Positions 20,237 through 31,278 of a DNA stretch of 64,000 nt are shown here, in pieces; positions within the stretch are counted from its first letter, which is position 1; every line of letters starts with the position of its first letter. Both the position numbers and the translations under genes were made by a program. Below the pieces are notes generated by a model that was not told where the DNA came from, did no database searches, and worked only from the letters and a program-made list of their open reading frames with translations. Origin of the DNA: an uncultured delta proteobacterium. Its GTDB lineage: Bacteria > Desulfobacterota > Desulfomonilia > Desulfomonilales > Desulfomonilaceae. Location: assembly GCA_963789265.1 (NCBI GenBank), contig CAWBKB010000001.1, positions 2,304,001 through 2,368,000 on the forward strand, written 5' to 3'.

Positions 20237-21121
20237 CTATGGAAATAGATCGGGATACAGCTTCGCTCGGCAGTCAGGGCAAATACTGTGCGTGAATTCC
20301 GCGTCGGAATGGTCTCGAATATAGGACTCAAGTTGATTCCAGTATCCCTTGTCGTCCCTGATTCTTTTGCACGCAGAGCAAATCGGGAGCAACCCGGTTA
20401 GCTTCTTCACTTCACTCAGCGCATGCTCGAGTTCAACTATCAACCGATCCTTTGCAACTTGCGCACGTAACCGCTCGTCCATCTCGGCCTTGATCTTTCC
20501 GTGAGCGGCTTCGATTTCCAGATTCCGCAATCGCAAGCGACGCCTCATATCCGAAACAAAGCCTCCAAAAAAGGCAAACCACGTAAGAAGAATGCCAAAC
20601 AGCACGAATAGAAAGAGTTGGTATTGAATCCGAAAACCGCGGCGGGCTTGAAGATACTCCACCACGAGGAGTGATGCATAAAGCCCCATAACGCAGGCTG
20701 CCACCGACAGATACTGTCCCCGCGTGAGACGAAGCATTCCAAAGCTGAAAGCAGGGACATAGAACATCAAGATAATCGGCCGCACTTCCGGTAAGGCATA
20801 CATCGGCACAAGACCCCAAGCAGCGGAATAGACGATCTGCTCTCTAGTAAGGGACGGATCAGAAAAACGCAAATTGACGCCTGTATAGATCAACGCGAAG
20901 AAGATTATGTTGCCGGCCAGGCCAATGCCTATGAACGTCGCCCACTCATGCGCCGACATACGGCCGAGTCCAAGCCGAGTGGCCAGAAACGCAGCGAAAG
21001 TCACCACCGCGTAAGTGGCCACGGCCATTGCGAAACGTCTCAAACGGAGCGACTGGGCTTTTCGCGTCGCCGCCTCTTGTGCCGCTGGGTCTTTCTGCAC
21101 ACTGATTGGCATGTTGGTCAC
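20237..21121 (-). CDS. Multi-TM protein with coiled coil and C-terminal CxxC...CxxC domain
   Basis: About 5-6 TM segments, then GLLPICSACKRIRDDKGYW...THSICPDC. Confidence 0.85.
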   Translation of the reverse strand: MTNMPISVQKDPAAQEAATRKAQSLRLRRFAMAVATYAVVTFAAFLATRLGLGRMSAHEWATFIGIGLAGNIIFFALIYTGVNLRFSDPSLTREQIVYSAAWGLVPMYALPEVRPIILMFYVPAFSFGMLRLTRGQYLSVAACVMGLYASLLVVEYLQARRGFRIQYQLFLFVLFGILLTWFAFFGGFVSDMRRRLRLRNLEIEAAHGKIKAEMDERLRAQVAKDRLIVELEHALSEVKKLTGLLPICSACKRIRDDKGYWNQLESYIRDHSDAEFTHSICPDCRAKLYPDLFP

Positions 21122-21275
21122 CGTGGGATATCCTGCTGAGAGGCCAAGTTTGAGTTCAGCCGGCGTAGGATGCGGTCACCAGGAGAAACCGTCCCGCGAG
21201 ACGCGGGACTATTCGCAGGTTACTGAGCATAACTCAGTGAAGGCTCTTGAGGCAACTAAAATCTCTGATGCCGGG

Positions 21276-21420
21276 TAATCATTCACTTACGAGCGGTAAA
21301 AGATTGTCATTGCGAGCGAAGCGAAGCAATCTCTTCCTTTAAACGCCACTTAGATTGCTTCGTCGTTTCACTCCTCGCACTGACAAGGTGCAGAAGATCC
21401 CCCGCATAAGTGAATGGTTT
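21276..21420. mobile_element. MITE with IS4-like ends and about 10-bp target duplication
   Basis: TIR taatcattcacttacg / cataagtgaatggttt (13/16); flanks tgatgccggg / cgatgccggg; internal gtcattgcgagcgaagcgaagcaatctc palindrome. Confidence 0.75.
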
Positions 21421-21709
21421 CGATGCCGGGGGTCGCGGTAGGGACTCAGTTGCCTGATGCCCCTACCGCGACCATACAACAAACGATAAAGTTATTGACC
21501 GAATCGGTTGTGCTGCGGTACGCTCAGAAACAGGCCTTTTCAGCCACGTAATAGCCCTGCCGCCCCGGCCTCTCATGAGCGATCATCCGGCAGTCTTTTC
21601 GGTGTAGAGGACAGGGTCCCACGTTCGGATTCCGGGACAAGCACCGCCGAATCAGCACAACATGGGCACGGTTCGTGTTGATCGGTAACTCCTCCATCAA
21701 ACGTCAGAG

Positions 21710-22384
21710 GTGTTGGCGGAACAAATGACTCTTCAGACTCTTCTTACATCCCTGGGCGCAACTTGCCTTTATCTGCTCCTTGTGATTTGGGGCTGGGGGA
21801 ACTTTCAGGGATTCTTTTCTCATCCCGCGCGGGTAGGTCTCGTCATTGTGACAATAGCGCTCGCTGTGGCTGCCTGCTTTACGAAAAGCAGCGGCTTCAG
21901 CTCCGGTCGCCGGGAAATGACCTCAAACCGATGGGTCATCGCTGTGCTTATCGTTTTATCGCTCGCCATCGGTTGGCTTGCCCCTCACGCGGACAGCCAC
22001 AATTGGTGGACCATAGACGGGGACGCTGCACGATACACGGGCCTCGCTTTTTACCTTCTGGGCGGGGTGGTCCGACTGATCCCTGTATTTGAATTGAAGA
22101 ATCGTTTCAGCGCATTCGTAGCCGTTCAGGAGGGCCACCAGCTCAAAACTGATGGAATGTACAGGTTCGTGCGTCACCCTAGCTACGCAGGGTTGCTAAT
22201 CTCTACGGTCGGATTCTGCCTTGTTTTTCGCAGCGGCATCGGGCTGTTGCTTACGCTGGCAATGCTTGTCCCCCTTATCGCACGTATCCACGCGGAGGAG
22301 CGATTTCTTCACGAAGTGTTTGGTGCGGAATATGCCGCCTATTGCAAGCAAACCCGCTGGCGACTCTTGCCGCGTCTTTATTAG
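21710..22384 (+). CDS. Isoprenylcysteine carboxyl methyltransferase (ICMT/PEMT) family membrane protein
   Basis: HQLKTDGMYRFVRHPSYAG, RIHAEERFL, FGAEYAAY motifs. Confidence 0.9.
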   Translation: MLAEQMTLQTLLTSLGATCLYLLLVIWGWGNFQGFFSHPARVGLVIVTIALAVAACFTKSSGFSSGRREMTSNRWVIAVLIVLSLAIGWLAPHADSHNWWTIDGDAARYTGLAFYLLGGVVRLIPVFELKNRFSAFVAVQEGHQLKTDGMYRFVRHPSYAGLLISTVGFCLVFRSGIGLLLTLAMLVPLIARIHAEERFLHEVFGAEYAAYCKQTRWRLLPRLY

Positions 22385-22493
22385 AAGGGCGATTTAGGCA
22401 ACAGCCCGGAATTTGCTGCATATACGGTCCGGATGCCGCTCGTCTGGGCCTAATCCGGGACGTCACGAGTCAAGAATAATTGATAGAGGCCGG

Positions 22494-22690
22494 TATTCCT
22501 TCACTTCCGCGGGGAACCTCCGGGCTCATGTCATTGCGAGGAGTGCATGGTGGGACAGGCTTCCAGCCTGTCTATTAGGGATGACGGGCAAGATGCCCGT
22601 CCCACCGGGAATCTAAGCGCCGTTTGGAGGAAGAGATTGCTTCGCTTCGCTCGCAATGATAATCCTTTGGCTCACGTAAGTGAATGGTTA
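22494..22690. mobile_element. Second, inverted copy of the IS4-like MITE with a nested REP
   Basis: Right TIR cgtaagtgaatggtta, degenerate left TIR tattccttcacttccg; internal segment is the reverse complement of 21306-21333; nested gtgggacaggc...gcccgtcccac. Confidence 0.7.
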
Positions 22691-22744
22691 CAGAGACCGT
22701 CGATATCCAGCGCCTAAAGCTAATTCGAAGTTTTGAAACCGGCT

Positions 22745-23233
22745 CTACTCGGTCTTTATCCTCTTTACCCATTCCGGCACCGAGGCATCAGGAACACTGT
22801 CCGAAGCCGGTATGTAGGGCTTGAGATCAATTATCGGCGAACCGTCTAACGCGTCTATGTCGTCAACGGTGATTCCGGCATCATCTATGGACTTGACTCT
22901 GCACACTGACAATCCAATAGGATTCGGTCGAAATGGCGAACGAGTGCCAAATACACCGGTGAGAGGATTTGCCTTGTCCCCTCGAGGATGAACCCTGAGT
23001 GTGGCCCGCTTTTCCGGTGAATCATTCCGGTCGAACCAGTAGAAGACCCACACGTGAGAAAATCCATCGAGCCCGAGCAGTGCATCTCGGAATTGTGGAA
23101 AGATCTCAAGTTTTGTTCCTTCAGAGCTTTTGGCCACTTTGCCTATTGACTTGATTGAGTAAACTTCCGCCATTGATCGCGAGACCACTCCCAGTACAAT
23201 AATTGCGAGAAGTATATAAGAGACGCGGCTCAT
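22745..23233 (-). CDS. tsaA: TsaA/TrmO family SAM-binding tRNA methyltransferase-like protein
   Basis: GLDGFSHVWVFYWFD, GVFGTRSPFRPNPIGLS, DALDGSPIIDLKPY; start uncertain (23233 or 23173). Confidence 0.88.
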   Translation of the reverse strand: MSRVSYILLAIIVLGVVSRSMAEVYSIKSIGKVAKSSEGTKLEIFPQFRDALLGLDGFSHVWVFYWFDRNDSPEKRATLRVHPRGDKANPLTGVFGTRSPFRPNPIGLSVCRVKSIDDAGITVDDIDALDGSPIIDLKPYIPASDSVPDASVPEWVKRIKTE

Positions 23234-23394
23234 GAGCCATGATACTCCATCCAACGACAAGAGGCACCAGAATTCGGATCTCCCACAGTTATGATCCTAG
23301 GGTCACCCATTAAAAGGTCCTCTGTCAGGTCTATTTTTTCGGATTAGATTGCCATTTCTCTAGTTGCCTCAGCCCGTAGCGACTGTGTTGATTG

Positions 23395-24600
<1,206 letters not shown>

Positions 24601-24685
24601 AAAAGAACAAATACCTGGTAGAAACATACAAGGATGTGGCGAATTCCGCATCTCGCGAGATGAACCGCATCGCTCGCGGCATGAC

Positions 24686-24735
24686 TAATCTCCAGCGCGC
24701 CCGAGCCGCAATGTCAACTAAATCGACCTGACCCC
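24686..24735 (+). repeat. 50-bp direct repeat ending GACCTGACCCC (copy 1)
   Basis: 48/50 identical to 28563-28612. Confidence 0.9.
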
Positions 24736-24902
24736 AGATCCTGCAACTTTTCTAGCGGAGAATCAAAAAGCTTCTTCAGGATGGGGTTCGGTGGCACTAG
24801 CAGTGCAGGCTTCCCCCATCATTGCCACCTATTTGACCGCACATTGGTCCGAGCAATTCGCTGACATAAAGAAAACACTTGACAGATATGGGATGACTAT
24901 AT

Positions 24903-24926
24903 TAGAGAGTGAACGTTCACTCTCTA
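24903..24926. promoter_or_regulatory. Perfect 24-bp palindrome, probable TetR operator
   Basis: TAGAGAGTGAACGTTCACTCTCTA between TTGACA (24879-24884) and the TetR ATG. Confidence 0.8.
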
Positions 24927-24927
24927 T

Positions 24928-25584
24928 ATGAGGACCTTATTATCAATGCTCAGCGCGTTCGGAAAGCTATCGGATGCCAGACAAAAAGCCATTCTAGAGG
25001 CCGCTGCCAAGGTCTTTGCACAAAGAGGTTTTTTCCAGGCAAACATCTCAGAGATCTGCCGCAAGGCGCACATCTCCAACGGCGCCCTGTACAAATACTT
25101 CAAGAATAAGAAGGCGCTTTTCATGGGCGTCTTCGATTACGCAATGGAGATCATGCGCTCGGAGCTGTTTCAGAAAAACCTCGACCAGCAAAGGTCGGTG
25201 TATGAAACCGTTCGCCGAATTTTCGAAAGCCTGATCGTTCTCGCTAAGAAACACCCTGAACTCTTGATGCTCTACGTGAACATAGGTTCCTGTTCCATGA
25301 ACAAGATGGCACCTGTCCTGTCGAAGCAGATCGAAGGCGAAGCCAAGCGGTTTTGGCTGGAACTGGTGAGGAGAGGCAAAGCCAACGGCGAAATCAAAGA
25401 AGACTTCGCGGACGTCGGCGTAGCCTATTTCCTGGACAACCATTTGAGCTTGTTGGCTTATTCCCTCGTGTCCAAGCATTTTGAAACCCGGTTTATGGTC
25501 TATTTCGGCGACGATGTGGCTGCTATGTCCGGAGAGGAAGCAGTCAATGTGATCATGCGATCTATCAGAATGATTCTGAGGTAA
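24928..25584 (+). CDS. TetR/AcrR family regulator
   Basis: ILEAAAKVFAQRGF...ISNGALYKYFKNKKALF HTH. Confidence 0.93.
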   Translation: MRTLLSMLSAFGKLSDARQKAILEAAAKVFAQRGFFQANISEICRKAHISNGALYKYFKNKKALFMGVFDYAMEIMRSELFQKNLDQQRSVYETVRRIFESLIVLAKKHPELLMLYVNIGSCSMNKMAPVLSKQIEGEAKRFWLELVRRGKANGEIKEDFADVGVAYFLDNHLSLLAYSLVSKHFETRFMVYFGDDVAAMSGEEAVNVIMRSIRMILR

Positions 25585-25624
25585 ATGTTTGTCTGCCGGA
25601 TCTCGTTTCTTGAAGGAGGTTTTC

Positions 25625-26587
25625 ATGATCATCGACTTTCATGCGCACCTTGGAGATGCCCAAACCCCCAACGGCGGCGAGCTGATCTTCCGGAAAGGGG
25701 TCAAGAAGCAACGGGTCCTTGACCTCATCACCGTGACGGAGTGGAGAAAGTATAAGACTGTGCCCGTGGTCGAGTGGGTGGTGAAGACCTTGTTCACGAA
25801 CCAGATTGCCAGGGCCGGCCAAGCTCGCAGCTTGGCCGCCACACTGGAAAATTTCAAAAAATCCATGGACGAAAACCTCATCGAGAAGTCAGTCTGTTTA
25901 CCCATCGCGCCGTATGTGACATTTGCCGAAGTCAAGAAAGCTGCGGAAGCAGACTCAGGCGTTGTTCCCTTTACCAGTGTGGACTTTTCACTGGATAGCG
26001 ATCTGCAATCAGTTCTGGATCAGGATGTTATGGACGGAGCCAAAGGCTTGAAGCTACATCCTATCGTCCAGAAAGAACCTCTTTACGGGGTCAAGACGTT
26101 CAACGCGGTGGAAGCTTTTGCCGTTCATAACCTTCCTGTGCTGTTTCATAGCGGAATCTTCTCTTATTATCTGGGTCGGGAAAAGAAAACGATGCAAAGA
26201 CCAGAGTGCGGCGACCCCCGGGATGCGTTGAAGATTTGCACGGCCTTTCCCAAAGTCTCGTTTATAGCCGGCCACGCGGGCCTGTTCCAATACAGGCAGA
26301 CTATCGACAGCTTGAGCGGTCTCGAGAATGTTTACGTGGACACATCGTTTCAGTCTCCCAAGCACATCAAAGAACTTGTTAAGGCGTTCGGTCCGGAGCG
26401 TGTCATGTACGCGTCAGACTGGCCCTGGGGTGACCGCAGGGCCAGCCTCCGCTCGCTTGCCGAGGCGTGCAGAGGCGACAAAAGTCTCTGGAGCGGCTAC
26501 TCCACTTCGAAAATGCATCGAGGCTCCTTGGTTTGCAACTCTGAATCAAGAAACTGGGGTCATACCGATGCGCTGACAAATATGTGA
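25625..26587 (+). CDS. Amidohydrolase_2 family protein (probable frameshift near 26485; true end likely 26544)
   Basis: IIDFHAH, GLKLHP, VLFHSG, GHAG, VYVDTS, MYASDWP; an alternate frame gives FENASRLLGL*. Confidence 0.88.
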   Translation: MIIDFHAHLGDAQTPNGGELIFRKGVKKQRVLDLITVTEWRKYKTVPVVEWVVKTLFTNQIARAGQARSLAATLENFKKSMDENLIEKSVCLPIAPYVTFAEVKKAAEADSGVVPFTSVDFSLDSDLQSVLDQDVMDGAKGLKLHPIVQKEPLYGVKTFNAVEAFAVHNLPVLFHSGIFSYYLGREKKTMQRPECGDPRDALKICTAFPKVSFIAGHAGLFQYRQTIDSLSGLENVYVDTSFQSPKHIKELVKAFGPERVMYASDWPWGDRRASLRSLAEACRGDKSLWSGYSTSKMHRGSLVCNSESRNWGHTDALTNM

Positions 26588-26683
26588 CATGGCTGAATGT
26601 CTGCCCCCTGAATATATGCGGTGGTGGTCCTTGGGTCTGCTCTGAGGCCCTTTTTAGTAACGATCGAAAAACGGAGGTGTATC

Positions 26684-27868
26684 ATGGCGAAAGTTGTCGC
26701 TTTGGGTGGGGCCGGGCACATAGGCTCGTGCGGAGTAAGAGAACTGGTGAGAAAAGCCCCTGACATCGAAGTGGTCGTAGCCGACTACAACCTGGTAGCC
26801 GCTGAAAGGCTTTGTGCAGAGTTGGGAGGGCGCACGTCGGCCGTCCTTGCGGACGTCACGGATTTCGCCGGTCTTGTTCGGACCATGCAAGGGGCCGAAT
26901 TGGTCATCAACACCGTTGGACCGTTCTATCTCTACGGTGAGACGATTCTCAAGGGAGCCATCGAAGCCAAGACGAATCTCGTTGACGTCTGCGACGAGGG
27001 CGAGCCGACGGTTAAAATGCTCTCCCTGCACGAAGAGGCCAGGAAGGCGGGTGTGACAGCGGTGATCGGTTTGGGCGCCACGCCTGGTATCACCAACCTC
27101 ATGGCCAAACGTGGCGCAGATAAGCTAGATCGGGTGGACGACATTGATACAGCATGGGCCTGGACTGCAATTGATCCCAAAATGACCGGACCGGCCATCA
27201 TCGAACATTACTTCCACGCAATAACCGGCGAGATCGAAACCTTTCGCGATGGAAAGTGGGTAAAGATACCCGCGATCTCTAACCGAAAGAACATGGAATT
27301 CGTTGCGCCGATCGGCCTCTTTGAGGTAGCCGAGGTCGGCCATCCCGAGCCTGTCACCCTGCCTCGCTATATCCCGAGCGTCAAAAACGTGGCAAATTTC
27401 GGCGGAGTCTGGCCCAAGACCTTCGAGGAGCTAGCGATGTCTTGGAAGCAACTCGGCTTGGCTGAGACAAAGGAGATTACCATCGCAGGGCACACAGTGC
27501 CGGCGAGAACCGTTGCCACGTATGTCGTGCTGGCTTTGCCGGAGATTGCCCCGGACTTGATCGTAAGCATGGTTTCGGACGTCATGAATTCATACGGCGA
27601 GTTCGGTATCGAAGGGGTGGTGCTGAAAGTGGAGGTTCGCGGTGAGAAGGAAGGTCGTCCCGCCCGCTTTTCCTTCGGTTGTGGCGCGGCAGCAGACCGA
27701 CTGACAGCCCTTCCGTCAGTTTTGGGGGCCATCATGGCCATACGCGGTCAGTTGAACGGCGGTCCAGGAGTTTTCGCTCCTGAGGGCATCGTCGATCAGG
27801 AGATCTTTTTCAAGGAATTGACCAAGGACATCCCGGTCCAGGAAACGGCTGTGAAGCTCATCGCGTAA
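26684..27868 (+). CDS. Saccharopine dehydrogenase-like NAD(P)-dependent oxidoreductase
   Basis: LGGAGHIG, INTVGPF, GLGATPGITN, HPEPVTLP, PGVFAPE. Confidence 0.88.
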   Translation: MAKVVALGGAGHIGSCGVRELVRKAPDIEVVVADYNLVAAERLCAELGGRTSAVLADVTDFAGLVRTMQGAELVINTVGPFYLYGETILKGAIEAKTNLVDVCDEGEPTVKMLSLHEEARKAGVTAVIGLGATPGITNLMAKRGADKLDRVDDIDTAWAWTAIDPKMTGPAIIEHYFHAITGEIETFRDGKWVKIPAISNRKNMEFVAPIGLFEVAEVGHPEPVTLPRYIPSVKNVANFGGVWPKTFEELAMSWKQLGLAETKEITIAGHTVPARTVATYVVLALPEIAPDLIVSMVSDVMNSYGEFGIEGVVLKVEVRGEKEGRPARFSFGCGAAADRLTALPSVLGAIMAIRGQLNGGPGVFAPEGIVDQEIFFKELTKDIPVQETAVKLIA

Positions 27869-27899
27869 TCTGTGCCGCCACGAAAATCTCAGACAAGAC

Positions 27900-28078
27900 T
27901 CCCGACTGCTTCATATCCATTGAGCAAAGGGCGCTGACGCTATGCAGGCTCGCCCGGTGCCAACCGCTTGCGATCAATCCACCGAAGGCAGCTTATTTTA
28001 TGCTCTCAGGATCTATGTGGAGAGGCCGCGGATCGAAGCACCGGGCGAATTCTATGATCTCAGCCTGCTCAAAGCAGA
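27900..28078 (-). pseudogene. MaoC-like dehydratase fragment
   Basis: Hand translation: [37 protein letters not shown], the MaoC hydratase motif with an internal stop. Confidence 0.7.
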
Positions 28079-28159
28079 AAACGAAAAAGAAAAGAAAAGA
28101 AGAAAAGGTGTCGAGCCTGTTCTTGATTCATTTAAGGCTTTAGAAGGATTAGATCTGCT

Positions 28160-28612
28160 TTATGTTGTCAGGTCCGTCACTCGCAAGAGAGCCCGTTCGA
28201 TCTCTTCCACTTTCCTTCTCAAGCTCCCGTCGTTCGCAATCCTTTGCTTCATGCGAGAGAGCACACTGCTCACGCTACAGTAGTTCTCAAGCCCAAAGGC
28301 ATTCCCTATGGTCGCCAAAGTCTGACCGGAGACCCGCCTGGCGAGATAAATGGCGACGTTTCTCGCATCATTGCTCGTTCCTCTCCTGCTCGACAAAAGC
28401 TCATTTCTATCTGCGCCGTAGGCTGAGCATACGGCCGATTGTATCCTCTCCAGTCCCGGCGCGAGTAGCCGAGAAGCCGGAATTTCTCGATGAGATCGCA
28501 AGTTTTGAAAGCTTGCTTTTACCCAGTTCACAAATTTTTCTGATCCCAACAGCCACGGGACATAATCTCCAGCGTGCCCGAGCCGCAATGTCAACTAAAT
28601 CGACCTAACCCC
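28160..28612 (-). mobile_element. Remnant of RAYT/IS200-like transposase 3' end (DnaA-C-like HTH) between GTCAGGTC and GACCTAACCCC ends
   Basis: LGSEKFV...ARNVAIYLARRVSGQTLATIGNAFGLENYCSVS; no HUH/Y1 domain present. Confidence 0.65.
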
Positions 28613-28679
28613 ATTCCTGCACTTGACGTCGCCCTATGCTTTGTTATATTGAACGTTCGAAATAAAAAAGGTCGTCCAG

Positions 28680-29270
28680 ATGCCCAAGATCGGAATGGAA
28701 CAAATAAGGAAAGACGAGGTGATAGCCGCCACGAAACGCTGCTTGGTCAAGACTGGTTTCATGAGGCTCACCGTCAAGGCAATCGCCAATGAAGCAGGGT
28801 TGAGTACCGGTATCATTTACCATTATTTCAAGAATAAAGAAGATCTCCTGCTGAATGTGATCAAGCGGGCGTTTGCGCAGTCCCACGAAAATGTTATGCG
28901 AGAAGTGGAACCCCTGACCTCTGAGAGGGCCAAGTTGTTCAAACACCTGGAAAGTATTCACGCTGTGGTGATCGACAACCCGGAGTTTTACACCGTTATG
29001 TTGAATTACCTGGGGCAGGCTCCGAACGACTCCGAGATCAGAAAAATCGTGACGAAATTCTTGTCGAATCTGACATCTTATGTGCACAGTTACCTGAGAG
29101 AAGGCGTTTCCCATGACGAGTTCACGGAGAACAAAATCAAGAATCTCGACACAATGATCATTGCCTTGGGCATGGGCTTGGGGATCATGTGTACACTAGC
29201 GCCGGAAAAGTTTAACCATAAAGCCCTCGGCGAATCTTATAAGGAGTTCGTGCGAAGGCACATTGAATAG
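28680..29270 (+). CDS. TetR family regulator (BetI-like)
   Basis: MPKIGMEQIRKDEVI...IANEAGLSTGIIYHYFKNKEDLL; TTGACG-16-TATATT upstream. Confidence 0.92.
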   Translation: MPKIGMEQIRKDEVIAATKRCLVKTGFMRLTVKAIANEAGLSTGIIYHYFKNKEDLLLNVIKRAFAQSHENVMREVEPLTSERAKLFKHLESIHAVVIDNPEFYTVMLNYLGQAPNDSEIRKIVTKFLSNLTSYVHSYLREGVSHDEFTENKIKNLDTMIIALGMGLGIMCTLAPEKFNHKALGESYKEFVRRHIE

Positions 29271-29394
29271 GCTTCTTCAAGACCGATCTCTCTTTTTTTA
29301 AATTTATTTATAATGAACGGTCAATATAAACCAGATCCTTTGTTCGTGGCACATTCTTAATCAAGGGATCTACAAGGTGAAAGAGGAGGAACTC

Positions 29395-31057
29395 ATGAGC
29401 ATTCGCAGCTTTCCGCCAGCCAACGAGAGCAGGAATGGATTCTATCCGGAATCCGTGTACAAGGACGCTTTATCTCGGTACCCTACCGTCGCAGATCTCG
29501 TCGCGGCAAAAGCAAAGGAGAACGGTAAGAAGATTTGGATGGAATTTCAGGATGGGGCGACATACAGCTATGAGGATGCCGATGCGATGAGCAACAGCTT
29601 GGCCACCGGCTTCTATCAGGCGGGAGTTAGATCCGGCGATCATGTGGCCCTGTTTGCTCTGAATTCACCTATGTGGGTCTTTTCCTATTTCGGGATATTG
29701 AAACTCGGTGCAGTGCCGGTGACCGTGAACACCGGATTCATGAAAGATCCTCTTGTCTATAACTTGACCGCTTCCAGAACCGAGTATTTGGTTATCGATT
29801 CCAGACTATTGGATCGATTCAAGGAAGTCGAAGATTCGCTATCTGCTATAAAGCATCTCCTCATCATAGGAAGAACCAATTTCATTGCTGCCAACGCTCC
29901 CGAGAAAGCTTACACCTTTGTAGACGACCTTCTTTCCGTAAAGCCCGATCCGGGGCTCCGGGTGGCACGCAAGATCTCCGATCCGAGCGCCATGATTCTT
30001 ACTTCAGGGACCACCGGCCCGTCCAAGGTAGTCTATGACACAAATGCGCAGTTCATCACGACCGCATTATTCTTGATAGATGCGGGAGGCGTGACTTCCG
30101 AAAGTGTGTACTACTCCTACTTGCCCCTATTTCATATCATGGCCCTTGACATGGCAATGTTACTTTCCATGCTTGCCAATGCCAAAATTGTCCTGGTGGA
30201 GAAATTCGACCCCGCGGTCTTTTGGGATCATGTGAACAAGTACGAGGTTACCCACTTCGCAGCCGTAGGTCCCATTTTGGAGATGCTTGTGAAACTGCCC
30301 CCGTCATCGTTGGAGAAGAACCACCGACCTCTTACAGCACTGGCCTATTGCTCGAAAGAAATTTGGACTCTTGCCAGTGAGCGCTTCAACATGAATATCA
30401 CAGGCGGTTACGGGAGCACGGAGGTAGGCATCCCCATAAGTGCGCCGAACCATGTCGTCAGACAACAGGCAAACTGCCCCGGAGCTTGCGGAATGGTAGG
30501 TCCTCATGTGGAAGTCGGAATCATGGATGAACACGGAGAGATGGTGCCCACCGGACGCACAGGAGAAATCGTGGTTCGACCCAAGATCCCGTGGGCTATC
30601 TTTATGGAGTACTACGGAATGCCCGAAGTCACCGTGAACGCCTTCAGAGGACTGTGGTTCCACACGGGAGATCTGGGTTATTTTGACGAGCAGGGTTACC
30701 TATTCTTCGTGGACCGGTTAAAGGACGCGATCCGCAGGAAAGGCGAAAATATCTCGTCCTACGAGGTTGAACAGATCCTTTTGAAACATCCGAAGGTCGC
30801 CCAGGCCGCCGTGGTCCCGGTTAAGGCCGAATTTGGGGATGAAGAAGTCATGGCGGTGATTGTGCCGAATCCCGACGCTGGTGTCACACCGGAGTCGATA
30901 ATCTCGTATGCAAAAGAGAATATGCCCCATTTCTGGGTTCCCAGGTATATCAGGCTCGTGGCCGCGCTTCCCGCAACCGCGACCGGTCGGTACGGAAAAG
31001 TTTAAACTCCGGGAGCAGGGGACAACCCCTGATACCTATGACAGAAAGACCGTGTAG
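29395..31057 (+). CDS. ATP-dependent acyl-CoA ligase (CaiC-like; frameshift near 30990)
   Basis: LTSGTTGPSK, YGSTE, FHTGDLG, DRLKDAIRRKGENISSYEVE; the shifted frame gives EKFKLREQG...*. Confidence 0.9.
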
Positions 31058-31278
31058 CCGCACAAGGGTTAAAATAGCAAAGGGTCGTCTGCAATTACAA
31101 TCGACTGTCACCCTCCCCCTTCCCCCTCCCATCGAGGGAGGAGAGCTTGTAGGGGCGGGTTTCAAACCCGCCCCTACCACCCCCCAGCGGAAGAGGGCAG
31201 CGTGAGGGGGATTTTTGAGCAAATACTCCGCTCTTACTTTAACCTCTATGGCGTGTAGCCGGATATCATGGAGATCTC

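Noticed and set aside
28160..28594. DnaA-like protein or replication origin
   Set aside because: Only a C-terminal HTH resembling RAYT tails; no AAA+ domain and no DnaA-box cluster noticed
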